This document shows positions 21,549 to 30,832 of a DNA stretch of 64,000 bases, one piece after another. The first letter of the stretch is position 1. Every line of letters begins with the position of its first letter. Both the position numbers and the translations under genes were made by a program. The notes below the pieces were generated by a model, which was not told the origin of the DNA, did no database searches, and worked only from the letters and a program-made list of their open reading frames with translations. The stretch comes from Candidatus Spongiisociaceae bacterium (GTDB lineage Bacteria > Actinomycetota > Acidimicrobiia > Spongiisociales > Spongiisociaceae): the NCBI GenBank assembly GCA_965202675.1, contig OZ241842.1, forward strand, positions 2,098,918-2,162,917, read 5' to 3'.

Positions 21549-22049
21549 TTGACGTCATCATCGGCGGCGCTGCAGGACATATTTCGGGACATCATGTCCA
21601 ACTTCGCGGCCGGCGTGACCATAGTGACGAGCTATGCCGAGGGCCGTCATCACGGGCTCACCGTCTCGGCTTTCACCTCGGTCTCCCTGGAGCCGCCCCT
21701 GGTGCTGATCTGCATCGACCACCGCTCCCACAGCATCGAAGCCCTGCGGACCGCCGGAGGTTTCACCGTCAACATGCTGCGGGAAGGGGCAGAAGAGACG
21801 GCGCTCGTGTTCGCTTCCAAGGCCCCTGACAAGTTCGCCGGCCTGGCGGCCGCCCCGCCGGAATACGAAGCCGCCGGACTGCGCCTCCCCGAACAGTCCT
21901 ACGCCTGCCTGGAGTGCCGCACGGTCGATTCCCTGGAAGCCGGCGACCACACCATCTTCATAGGGCATGTCGAGAACGCCTTCCGCGGCGCCCCCGCCCG
22001 CCCCCTTCTCTACTGGAACCGCAGCTTCACCCGCCTCCAGCCTGCCTGA
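21549..22049 (+). CDS. Flavin reductase family protein
   Basis: FRDIMSNFAAGVTIVT, GLTVSAFTSVSLEPPLVL, AGDHTIFIG, PLLY. Confidence 0.92.
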   Translation: MTSSSAALQDIFRDIMSNFAAGVTIVTSYAEGRHHGLTVSAFTSVSLEPPLVLICIDHRSHSIEALRTAGGFTVNMLREGAEETALVFASKAPDKFAGLAAAPPEYEAAGLRLPEQSYACLECRTVDSLEAGDHTIFIGHVENAFRGAPARPLLYWNRSFTRLQPA

Positions 22050-22109
22050 CCGCCGCCCGCGCCGATGCTCCGGCGGCCCCGGCGGCGGGCGGTTGCCGCG
22101 TTTGACGGG

Positions 22110-22745
22110 TCAGGGGGCGAAGTCGTTGTCGATGAAGGCTTGCAGGGTGGGGGCGTCCAGCTGGCCGTTGACCTGGCGGGCGACGGTTCCGTCGGCGGCG
22201 ATCAGGTAGGTGACCGGCAGGCCCATGAAGGGGTAGTTGTCCGTCACGCTTCCGTTCTCGTCGTAGCCGAGGGGGTACGAGGCTCCTATCTCGGCGGCGA
22301 AGTCCCGGGCGGCGTCCCATACGTCGTCCACCGCCGCCCCTACGAAGGCCACGCCGGGGTTGGCCTCCGCCGCCTCGGAGAACTCGGGGATCTCGCGGCG
22401 GCAGGGAGTGCACCAGCTGGCCCACAGGTTCAACACCAACGGCCGTCCATCTTCGGCCAAATGCTCGGAGAGGGTGAATACGCCCCCGTCGAACAGCGGA
22501 AACGACATCTCGGGGGCCGGTTCGCCGGCCAACGCCCCCTTCGGGAAGCCGGGCGCGTTGAAGGGGGCGATGGTATCGACTCCCTCGATGACGCCTATCG
22601 GTTCGGGGCCGGAGGCCGTTCTCACGACTGCCGCTCCGACGGCGGCCGCCGCCGCGACGGCAACCAGGGCCGAAACGGTCAGCGTCAGGCGCCGGGAAGC
22701 CGGCCGGCCGCCTTCGGACGTTGTTTCTTCATGCGTCTCGGCCAC
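22110..22745 (-). CDS. TlpA/ResA-like thiol-disulfide oxidoreductase
   Basis: N-terminal TM segment, LNLWASWCTPCRRE (CxxC), GLPVTYLI. Confidence 0.9.
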   Translation of the reverse strand: MAETHEETTSEGGRPASRRLTLTVSALVAVAAAAAVGAAVVRTASGPEPIGVIEGVDTIAPFNAPGFPKGALAGEPAPEMSFPLFDGGVFTLSEHLAEDGRPLVLNLWASWCTPCRREIPEFSEAAEANPGVAFVGAAVDDVWDAARDFAAEIGASYPLGYDENGSVTDNYPFMGLPVTYLIAADGTVARQVNGQLDAPTLQAFIDNDFAP

Positions 22746-22876
22746 GACTTTCAGGATAACGAGGGCCGCGGGATACGGGAGGGCGGCGGATTCCTGCGGA
22801 ATCGGGGCCGGTTGAATAGGCCGTCTTCCGGCCTACACTCGGCGGCGCCCGCGCCAGCCGCACGGAAGGAAGGACA

Positions 22877-23650
22877 ATGCCGGACCGAGACGGATACGAA
22901 CACGGGACACCCTGCTGGATCGATCTCAGCTCCGATGACATCGAGGGGGCCAAGGCCTTCTACAGCGGGTTGTTCGGGTGGGAGTGGGACGACCGGGAAG
23001 GTCCGGACGGGAGCTTCATGTACTCGCTCGCCCAGCTGGACGGGCGCAACGCGGCGGGGCTGGGTCCGGCGCCGCCCGAGATGGTCGAGATGGGGCTGCG
23101 GGGGATATGGAACGTCTACATGGCGGTCGATTCTCTCGACGAGGCCTACCAGGCGGCCCTCGACGCCGGCGGGTCAGGGGTGGTTCCTCCCTTCGATGTC
23201 ATGGACTCCGGGCGGATGGCCTACATCGCCGACGACCAGGGCGTCAACGTAGGGTTGTGGCAGGCCGGCGCCCACAAGGGCGCCCAGGTGGTCAACGAGC
23301 CGGGCGCCTTCACGTGGTGCGAGGTCTACCTTCCCGACACCGAGGCAGGGGCGCGCTACTACGGCAGGGTGTTGGGGATGTGCGCCGAGCCGGCCGGGAT
23401 GACCGAGATGGACTACACCCTCCTGAAAGTAGGCGGCAATCCGGTGGCCGGCCTCATGGAGCCCCCGGAGGGCGTGCCCCCCTGCTGGAGCGTCTACTTC
23501 GGTGTGTCCGACGCCGAGCAGGCCGCCGCCCGGATCGCCGAGTTGGGCGGCAAGGTCGTAAACGGCCCCTTCCCGACCCCCATGGGCCCGATGGTCGTCG
23601 CCCAGGACCCCTCGGGCGGGGTGTTCCTGGCCGTCCAGTACAACGGGTAG
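22877..23650 (+). CDS. VOC (glyoxalase/bleomycin resistance) two-domain protein
   Basis: GTPCWIDL, AKAFYSGLFGW, W(N/S)VY(M/F)xV in both halves, QDPSGGVF. Confidence 0.9.
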   Translation: MPDRDGYEHGTPCWIDLSSDDIEGAKAFYSGLFGWEWDDREGPDGSFMYSLAQLDGRNAAGLGPAPPEMVEMGLRGIWNVYMAVDSLDEAYQAALDAGGSGVVPPFDVMDSGRMAYIADDQGVNVGLWQAGAHKGAQVVNEPGAFTWCEVYLPDTEAGARYYGRVLGMCAEPAGMTEMDYTLLKVGGNPVAGLMEPPEGVPPCWSVYFGVSDAEQAAARIAELGGKVVNGPFPTPMGPMVVAQDPSGGVFLAVQYNG

Positions 23651-23693
23651 CCAGGAGTTTCTCCATCCCCTGAATTTTTCGCATTCTGGAACG

Positions 23694-23920
23694 AGGGTAT
23701 TGTATTTGTCATAGGTTTGTGATACTATGTGTGTGCTAAAGCACAAACACCGCCGCCGGGGTTCCGGAGTGTGCGGCGGTCATCATGGGAATCTTTGTCA
23801 GGCCGGGCACCGGCGCCCGAACAGGGTTGCGCGTCCGGCGAAGGGATCCGATGCTGGTGGCGGAGGCGGGGGAGGGCTCCCGGCGTAGCCGGGCGCAAGT
23901 GGGCAGGTTTTTCGCGGTCT
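23694..23920 (+). repeat. Diverged copy D of the promoter-bearing structured repeat
   Basis: Same ordered blocks as copies A-C: AGGGTATTG, AAGCAC, CCGAAC, CGCGTCCGG, GGTGGCGG.GGCGGGGG, GNA-loop hairpin, GTTTTTCGCG.TCT. Confidence 0.72.
23700..23728 (+). promoter_or_regulatory. Sigma70-type promoter of repeat copy D
   Basis: TTGTAT-17 bp-TACTAT with an extended -10 TG; no sense-strand ORF downstream. Confidence 0.65.
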
Positions 23921-24140
23921 CAGCGTTGCGGTCTGTGCGGTCTGTAAGGAACGGGGTTGCTTCGCGGAATGCGTAACGCATTACTTGTTCGATGTACCGG
24001 TTGAGTTCAGCGTCCCATTCTTTGGCTTTCGACGAGTACCCGGGTATGTGGTCGCCGTCGTGGAGTGCGATGTCGACTACGTCGGGTGGGCTGTCCGGTG
24101 GAACCCCACCACAGTGAGGGTTTGAACGCATACCTCGTTT

Positions 24141-25157
24141 TCAAAAGGCGCTTCTCACTATATCCTCCCCGTCCACCCGCACCCGCACCAGAAAGAGCCG
24201 AACGCCGCCATCTAATGCCCTATGCACAACCTCACCGATCCCTTCGAACTGGTACTTTGAGCTACCAGACCTGTTACCTTCTGGCCCCCAGGTACCGTAG
24301 AACCGATGTCCGGTCTTACCCAGGAACAAGGGGAGCGTAGTATCGTTTTCGTAGACCGTGATCTCGGCGGCCTGATCCTTCCGTCCGGAAGGTGCTAGAC
24401 CATCCGGCGTTGGCACTGGTACGGACCCCTTCAGCAAACGGAATTGAATCACTTCAGGCAGTTCTATCTGCGAATCCCGTTGCAAACCTACCTCAACGTA
24501 AGGACTAGTTGTGATATTTACTAGTCGATGGCACTTTCGGCAAATCAGCTCATCACTGTCATTAAACGGCTCTAGCTTATGTTTGCACACCGACCACTGG
24601 AGGTTATGGAGTAAATTGTCTAGACCTTTGACCGATCTCAGATTATCCAGAGGCCGGAGCGATTCCAATAGCCTGTCCTCGAAGGGTATGTCTTCCAGAG
24701 ACTGGTAGTAATCATTCCACCGCAGCTGGTCAAAGTCCTGGGGACGCGATTTCGGACGGAGACGGTGAAACGGCTTGGAACGGTAGTAGTCGTAGCGTAC
24801 CTTGATACGGCACGGTTTTGGCGAACCGCCGGTTTCGTCCAGTTTTTTCAGCCAGTTCCCAAGCTGGAAGGTGGATGTAAGGTCTATGGTTTTGCCCTCT
24901 CCCGGCGCAAGGTTGAACACGGGAGCCCGTCGGGGCGGCTCCAAGAAGTACACTGACCCTGGCGGGTCCAGGAAAGTAACTACCACACGGTGCGCTGAAC
25001 GGCCGCCATGATTATGGAAACGGACACCAGCGTACCGGCCGCCAACGATATCCCAGTTGACGCCTAACCGAGGCCGTTCACGATATAAGCCAGCATACGC
25101 CGCTCCGGCTACAGCCAGTATTTCCAGCATAGGTACTATTAGGTCCAGTGGGCTCAT
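24141..25157 (-). CDS. Hypothetical protein, lower GC (N-terminal TM; Cys/His cluster)
   Basis: 338 aa from ATG 25157 with GAAGGAGG RBS; composition differs from the flanks. Confidence 0.65.
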   Translation of the reverse strand: MSPLDLIVPMLEILAVAGAAYAGLYRERPRLGVNWDIVGGRYAGVRFHNHGGRSAHRVVVTFLDPPGSVYFLEPPRRAPVFNLAPGEGKTIDLTSTFQLGNWLKKLDETGGSPKPCRIKVRYDYYRSKPFHRLRPKSRPQDFDQLRWNDYYQSLEDIPFEDRLLESLRPLDNLRSVKGLDNLLHNLQWSVCKHKLEPFNDSDELICRKCHRLVNITTSPYVEVGLQRDSQIELPEVIQFRLLKGSVPVPTPDGLAPSGRKDQAAEITVYENDTTLPLFLGKTGHRFYGTWGPEGNRSGSSKYQFEGIGEVVHRALDGGVRLFLVRVRVDGEDIVRSAF

Positions 25158-25425
25158 TACCTGTCCTCCTTCTGTCGTGTGCTCTGCTTCCTCAGCCCTC
25201 CAGCGAGCAACCAGGAACGTACCCGTCCGAAGACGGGTTTCAGCTTCAGCACATGTGTCATGCCTCGAACGCCAGATTCTCCATCCGGGACTCAACCGGA
25301 GTGAGATAATACAAATCCCACGAAATCTGGCAACGATCCGTCCGGGCGGGATCTCTGGTAGCCGTGCTACAACGGTCCCTGCCAGGGCCCGTTCGAAGCC
25401 CGGCTGGCTTGTGTGTGTTGCCCGT

Positions 25426-26796
25426 CTAACTGCAGAGTTGGCGGGCCAGGGGGGTGGGGTTGACGGCTTTGCCGCCGCCGGGGAGGAACTCCCAATGCAG
25501 GTGGGGGATGTAGTCGGGGGAGTTGCCGGTGGTTCCTACAGTTCCCAACAGGTCGCCGGCCATTACCTTTTGGTTGACCTCAAGGTCGGGCGCCCAGCTG
25601 TCGAGGTGGGCGTAGTAGTACTCGTCGCCGTTGGCGGCCGCCAGCCACACTGTGATGCCGCCCAGGCCGCCGTTGCGCAGGCGCTTTACCACACCGTCGA
25701 TAACCGCCACCACCGGGGTGCCGCGCGCCGCCAGGAAGTCGACTCCTTCGTGGCGCCGCCCTCCTGAGCGGGGGGCGCCCCAGGTGTCGGTGAAGGTGTG
25801 GAAGCCGTCTACAGGGCACGTCATTCCCGATTCGGTCATGCCTTCGGGTTCCTGGTCCGGCTCCGGGTCGGTCATGCCGTCGGGTTCTTGGTCCGGTTCC
25901 GGGTCGGTCGCGTCTTCGGGTTCCTGGTCCGGTTCCGTTCCGTCGTCGGGGGAAGGTTGGGTTGAGGCGGGGGCAGTGGTTTGGGGGGGTGGTTCTGTTG
26001 TGGTGGTGGGTTCGGCGGCGGGTTCTGTTGTTGTGGTGGTTGTAGATTCGGCGGTGGCTGGTTCTGTTGTTGTGGTGGTTGTAGATTCGGCGGCGGCGGG
26101 TTCTGTTGTAGTGGTAGTGGTGTCTTGGGAAGGCGGCTCGGCGGCGGCTGCTTCGGCGGCGCGGGCTTCTTCCTCTTCTCTGGCCCGTTCCTCTTCTCTG
26201 GCCCGTTCCTCTTCTCTGGCCCGTTCTTCTTCCAGACGCTGCCGCAGCGAGAGATAGACCGCCTGGCCCTCTTCGAGCCGTATTTTGAGGTCGGCGGCCA
26301 CCTCCTCGAAATGGACCAGCGTCCGTTGGTGCTCCTCCTGCTCGGCCCGCAGCTCCTCGCCGGCGGTTTCCAGGCGGCGGGTCAGGGTCTCCAGTCCGTC
26401 GAACATGGCCTGATCCCGCACCCGGATGTCCATCAGGTATTCGGAACGGGTGTCCAGATCGGTGGGCGAGGCGGTGAGAAAGAACGAGGCCAGGTCGCTC
26501 TCGGCGCCGTTCATGTAGAGGTTCACGGCCCGCTCACGGAGCCGGCTGCGCAGCATCCGCAGCTCCACCCCATAGTCGGCTATCGATGATTCGAGCTGGT
26601 CTATCCGGGTCTGCAGCTCTGCGTCGGACACCCATGCCGCCTCGTATTGCTCGGTCAGCTCCCGCGACTCTGCCCGGAGGCGTTCCAGCTCCGCCCTCGC
26701 CCCGGCCAGTTCTTCCTCGGTCGTCTGGGCGGCTGACGGCAGGATCGAAGATGCGGCCGCCAGCCATATTGCCAAGCCGATCTTCCAGGCTCTCAT
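25426..26796 (-). CDS. M23 family metallopeptidase with signal peptide, coiled coil and low-complexity linker
   Basis: RRHEGVDF, YYYAHL, PHLHWE; N-terminal signal sequence and coiled coil. Confidence 0.92.
   Translation of the reverse strand: MRAWKIGLAIWLAAASSILPSAAQTTEEELAGARAELERLRAESRELTEQYEAAWVSDAELQTRIDQLESSIADYGVELRMLRSRLRERAVNLYMNGAESDLASFFLTASPTDLDTRSEYLMDIRVRDQAMFDGLETLTRRLETAGEELRAEQEEHQRTLVHFEEVAADLKIRLEEGQAVYLSLRQRLEEERAREEERAREEERAREEEEARAAEAAAAEPPSQDTTTTTTEPAAAESTTTTTTEPATAESTTTTTTEPAAEPTTTTEPPPQTTAPASTQPSPDDGTEPDQEPEDATDPEPDQEPDGMTDPEPDQEPEGMTESGMTCPVDGFHTFTDTWGAPRSGGRRHEGVDFLAARGTPVVAVIDGVVKRLRNGGLGGITVWLAAANGDEYYYAHLDSWAPDLEVNQKVMAGDLLGTVGTTGNSPDYIPHLHWEFLPGGGKAVNPTPLARQLCS
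25845..26233 (-). repeat. Coding tandem repeats in the M23 linker
   Basis: Three 18-bp units CTGGCCCGTTCCTCTTCT (26180-26233; REEERA), several TTTTTEP units, three PDQEP units. Confidence 0.85.
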
Positions 26797-26803
26797 CGGT
26801 CGT

Positions 26804-27178
26804 TCATTCGATGACGGTGACGCGGCGCTGCCAGAAGCGGTTGCCCAGCCGGCGCAGGCCCTCTCGGACGAAGGGGATCATGAGCAGGAACCCGACCGCA
26901 TCGGTCAGGAAGCCGGGGGTCAGGAGCAGAGCGCCCCCCACCAGCACCATCGCCCCATGCACCAGCTGGCGGCCCGGGACCAGACCGGCCGCCAGGTCCT
27001 CCCTCACGCGCATCCACACCGCCAGGCCCTGCATGCGCACCAGGAAAGCCCCCGCCGCGGCGGTTGCCAGGATCCCGATCAGCATCAGGCCGAGCCCGAT
27101 CCGGTTCTGGACGTAGATGAACAACAGCAGCTCCAGGACCGGAACCAACATGAAGGCGGAGGTCAGTAAAACTCCCAT
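26804..27178 (-). CDS. fxsA: FxsA family membrane protein
   Basis: VPVLELLLFI, GGALLLTPGFLTDAVG. Confidence 0.9.
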   Translation of the reverse strand: MGVLLTSAFMLVPVLELLLFIYVQNRIGLGLMLIGILATAAAGAFLVRMQGLAVWMRVREDLAAGLVPGRQLVHGAMVLVGGALLLTPGFLTDAVGFLLMIPFVREGLRRLGNRFWQRRVTVIE

Positions 27179-27214
27179 GAGGGCCAGCTTATCCGGCCGG
27201 TATCATTATTTCCG

Positions 27215-28570
27215 ATGAATCAGCTGCGCGGCCTGCCCTCCGTTGACGCCCTTGCCGCCCGCATCGCCGCCGGGGCGGGGGCCGGCCTTCCTCCGATACT
27301 GGCCGCCGAGGTGGCCCGCCGCAGCATCGACCGGACCCGCGCGGCGGCCCTCGAGGGGAAGCGGCTGGATCCGGAGGCCCTGGCGGGCCGGGCGGCGAAG
27401 CGCCTGGCCAGGACCAGGATCCGGCGGGTGATCAACGCCACCGGGGTGTTGCTCCACACCAACCTCGGGCGGGCGCCCCTCCATCCCGAGGCCGCCGCCG
27501 CGGCCCGCCGGGCGGCTTCCGGATACGGCAACCTCGAGTTCGACCTTGCCGAAGGGAGGCGCGGATCGAGGGGGGCGTACCTGAACCGCCTGCTGAGCAG
27601 GCTGACGGGGGCGGAGGCGGCGCTGGCGGTCAACAACAACGCCGCCGCCCTGTTTCTCGCCCTTCACGCCCTGGCGGCCGGAGGATCGGTTCCGGTGTCG
27701 CGGGGGGAGCTGATCGAGATAGGCGGGTCGTACCGCCTGCCGGAGCTGATGGCCGCCTCGGGGGTCCGCCTGGCCGAGATCGGCACCACCAACCGCACCC
27801 GGATCGCCGATTACGAACGGGTTCTGGAACCCGATGCCCGGATGCTGCTCAAGGTACATCCTTCCAACTACCGGGTGGTGGGCTTCACCGAGGAGGCCGG
27901 CTTGGAGGAGCTGGCCGGGTTGGGGCGGCGGAGCGGCCTGCCGGTGATGTACGACTCGGGGAGCGGCTTGCTGGACGCCGGGGTTCCCTGGCTGGCCGGG
28001 CCGCCCCCGGCCTGGCTGTCCGGCGAGCCGGGGGTGCGCCAGGCGCTGGCGGCGGGCGCCGACCTGGTCGCCTTCTCCGGCGACAAGCTGTTCGGCGGAT
28101 GCCAGGCGGGGGTTGTGGTCGGGCGGGCCGAGGCGGTGGCCCGGCTCCGGTCTTCCCCGGTGGCGAGGGCGGTGCGGATCGACGGTCCTTCCATCGCCGC
28201 CCTGGGCCGCACCGCCGAGCTGTACGCCGAGGGGAGGGGCGCCGAGATCCCCTTCTGGCGCATGGCCGCCCTGCCGGTCGACCGGCTCCGGGAGCGGTTG
28301 GAGCAGATTGCCCGGACGGCGGGGGCGCCGGGGGAGGTGCGGACATCGGAGGCGATGACCGGGGCGGGGTCGGCGCCCGGAAACGCGGTGCCGTCCCCCG
28401 CCTTGGTGCTCGAGGGAAGGGGGGAGGAGCTGTGGCCCCGCCTGCTGGAGGCCGAGCCGGCGGTGGTGGCCCGCCGCTCGGCCGGCGACCTGCTGATCGA
28501 TGTCCGGGCCGTCCCCGAGGGCGAAGACGGGCTGGTGGCCGCCGCCCTGCGGGACGCATGCCGGTTGTAG
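27215..28570 (+). CDS. selA: L-seryl-tRNA(Sec) selenium transferase
   Basis: VINATGVLLHTNLGRAPL, SRGELIEIGGSYRLP, EIGTTNRT, LKVHPSNY, FSGDKLFGG (PLP Lys). Confidence 0.96.
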   Translation: MNQLRGLPSVDALAARIAAGAGAGLPPILAAEVARRSIDRTRAAALEGKRLDPEALAGRAAKRLARTRIRRVINATGVLLHTNLGRAPLHPEAAAAARRAASGYGNLEFDLAEGRRGSRGAYLNRLLSRLTGAEAALAVNNNAAALFLALHALAAGGSVPVSRGELIEIGGSYRLPELMAASGVRLAEIGTTNRTRIADYERVLEPDARMLLKVHPSNYRVVGFTEEAGLEELAGLGRRSGLPVMYDSGSGLLDAGVPWLAGPPPAWLSGEPGVRQALAAGADLVAFSGDKLFGGCQAGVVVGRAEAVARLRSSPVARAVRIDGPSIAALGRTAELYAEGRGAEIPFWRMAALPVDRLRERLEQIARTAGAPGEVRTSEAMTGAGSAPGNAVPSPALVLEGRGEELWPRLLEAEPAVVARRSAGDLLIDVRAVPEGEDGLVAAALRDACRL

Positions 28571-30363
28571 GCACCGGCGGGCACGTCGACCACGGCAAAT
28601 CCACTCTGGTCGAGGCACTGACCGGGCGCGACCCCGACCGGTGGGCCGAGGAGAAAGATCGCGGCCTCACCATCGACCTGGGCTTCGCCTGGACGGAGCT
28701 GGACGGGCGGGAGGTGTCTTTTGTGGACGTACCCGGCCATGAGCGGTTCATCAAGAACATGCTCGCCGGCACCAGCGGTTTCGACGCCGCCCTGCTGGTG
28801 GTGGCCGCCGACGAGGGGTGGATGCCGCAGTCGGAGGAACACCTGGCGGCGTTGGACCTGCTCGGCGTCCGCCGTGGCCTGGTGGCCCTCACCAAGATCG
28901 ACCGGGCCGATCCGGAGCTGGTGGAGCTGGCCGCATTGGAGGTCGAGGAATACCTGGCCGGAACCACCCTGGAGGGCTGCCCCGTGGTTCCGGTGTCGGC
29001 GGTGACCGGAGAGGGGATGGCCGGGCTGCGGGCCGCCCTTGCGGCGGTGCTGGCGGCGGCGCCCGAGGCGCCCGCCGGCCGCACCCGGCTCTGGGTCGAC
29101 CGGGTGTTTCCGGTGTCGGGGGCGGGCACGGTGGTAACAGGCACTCTGGTGGACGGCCCGCTCTCGGTGGGGGATTCGGTGGAGGTGCTGCCCGGCCGCC
29201 TGCCCGGGCGGGTGCGCTCCCTGCAGGCTCACGAGGCCGAACGGCGGACGATCCCGCCCGGAACCAGGGCGGCGGCCGGGATAGCCGGGCTGGACCGCGG
29301 CCGGGTGGCCAGGGGATCCATGCTCGGCCGGCCGGGGGAGTGGGCGCCGAGCGGGCGCTTCCTGGCGGCGGTCCGGTCCGCCCGTTACGTGAAGCGGCCC
29401 CTCTCCCGGCGTGGGGCCTACCAGCTTCATATCGGCAGCGGGGCCTGGCCGGTGCGCCTGGTGACGGCCGGGACGGTCGGGGAAGACGAGACGGCGGTGG
29501 TGATGCGCACCGAGCGGCCGGTTCCCATCCGGATGGGCGACCGCTTCGTGCTGCGGGACGTGGGGAGGCGGTTGATCGTGGCCGGGGGGAGGGTGTTGGA
29601 GCCCGTCGCCCCCCGCAAGGGCCGGGACGCCCGCCGGGCGGCCTCCCAGCTCTACCCGGCCTTCGGACGCAGCCCTGCCCGCCGGGCCGCCGCCCTGCTG
29701 GAGTGGAGGGGGAGCGAGCGACCGGAGATCCTGGCCGCCCACGCGGGGGGAGGGTACCCCGAGGGGGCGGTGGAAGCCGGGGAGGAGGTCATGGCGTCCG
29801 GATATGTTGCCCGCCTGGCCGTCGAGGCGCGCCGTCTCACCGCTCGGTTCCACGCCGACAATCCGCTGCGCCCCGGCATTCCCAAGGCCAGCCTGGCCAG
29901 CCGGCTGCGGGTGGGCCTCGGCGCCCTGAGCGCGGTGTTGGACGCCGCCGACGATCTGGAGCCGCAGGGGTCGATGGTCGCGCAGAAGGGGTTTTCCCCC
30001 GTCCTGAGCGAGGAAGACGAAGCCGAATGGGGCCGGATCAGGGCGGCGCTGGAGGCGGCGGGGCCCCTGGCGCCCGGGCTGAAGGAGCTGGCCGTAGACA
30101 CCGAGCTGCTCCACGCCCTGGTCAGGGAGGGCCGCTTGGTGCGCGTCTCCGAAGATCTGGTCTACCTGCCGGAACAGATCGAGGCGCTGACCGGGCGGCT
30201 GGAGGAGCTTCCGCCCCGCTTCACGGTGGCGGCCTTCCGCGACCTGACCGGACTGACCCGCAAGTACGCGGTGCCCCTGCTGGAGTGGATGGACCGGGCC
30301 GGGGCGACGGTCCGAACCGGCGACGAGCGCTCGATCGGGGCCGGGCGCCGAACCGGAATGTGA
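28558..30363 (+). CDS. selB: Selenocysteine-specific elongation factor
   Basis: GTGGHVDHGKSTL, EEKDRGLTIDLGF, DVPGHERF, C-terminal LTRKYAVPLLEWMD; ATG 28558 overlaps the end of selA. Confidence 0.96.
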   Translation: MPVVGTGGHVDHGKSTLVEALTGRDPDRWAEEKDRGLTIDLGFAWTELDGREVSFVDVPGHERFIKNMLAGTSGFDAALLVVAADEGWMPQSEEHLAALDLLGVRRGLVALTKIDRADPELVELAALEVEEYLAGTTLEGCPVVPVSAVTGEGMAGLRAALAAVLAAAPEAPAGRTRLWVDRVFPVSGAGTVVTGTLVDGPLSVGDSVEVLPGRLPGRVRSLQAHEAERRTIPPGTRAAAGIAGLDRGRVARGSMLGRPGEWAPSGRFLAAVRSARYVKRPLSRRGAYQLHIGSGAWPVRLVTAGTVGEDETAVVMRTERPVPIRMGDRFVLRDVGRRLIVAGGRVLEPVAPRKGRDARRAASQLYPAFGRSPARRAAALLEWRGSERPEILAAHAGGGYPEGAVEAGEEVMASGYVARLAVEARRLTARFHADNPLRPGIPKASLASRLRVGLGALSAVLDAADDLEPQGSMVAQKGFSPVLSEEDEAEWGRIRAALEAAGPLAPGLKELAVDTELLHALVREGRLVRVSEDLVYLPEQIEALTGRLEELPPRFTVAAFRDLTGLTRKYAVPLLEWMDRAGATVRTGDERSIGAGRRTGM

Positions 30364-30397
30364 GCCCCCGTCTGCGGCGGCGGCGGGCCGGGAATGC

Positions 30398-30646
30398 TCA
30401 GAAGGCGGCCAGCAGCTGCCTCCGCTCCGACTCGGTGCAGCCGCCCCAGATGCCGTAGGGTTCCTTGATCTGGAGGGCGTACTCGAGGCATTCCCTCTTG
30501 ACTGCGCAGGCATTGCATACAGCCCTGGCCCGGGATTCCCTCCGCTCGCGGTCGTCCTTGCGTTCGAAGGTGGTGGGGGGGAAGAAAAGATGAGAAAAGT
30601 TGTTGCGGCACTTGGCGTGTAGATGCCACGAGTCTTCATGGGTCAC
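30398..30646 (-). CDS. whiB: WhiB family transcriptional regulator
   Basis: Four Cys (C...CNAC...C) and a GIWGG motif. Confidence 0.93.
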   Translation of the reverse strand: MTHEDSWHLHAKCRNNFSHLFFPPTTFERKDDRERRESRARAVCNACAVKRECLEYALQIKEPYGIWGGCTESERRQLLAAF

Positions 30647-30832
30647 GGTGGACCGCCTCCCTGCTCCGCCTTGGGTTGTTCCCTAAAGCTACCACCGGAA
30701 ACGGGGCCGGGCCGGAGGCAACAGTCATTTCTGCCAGGTTTTTTTCGCGTACCGCTAGGACGGCGGTCCGGGGACCGGGCGGGTCCTTTCTTTCCCCGGG
30801 GCGGGGGCCTCCCGATCCGGCCGGGGCCGGCC

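Noticed and set aside
23736-24131. 131-aa minus-strand ORF as a real gene
   Set aside because: Its 3' half runs antisense through repeat copy D and it has no recognisable motif; a short real gene in the 5' half cannot be excluded.
25845-26233. CRISPR array
   Set aside because: Repeats are in-frame coding units without unique spacers; no cas genes and no repeat-spacer array anywhere in the window.
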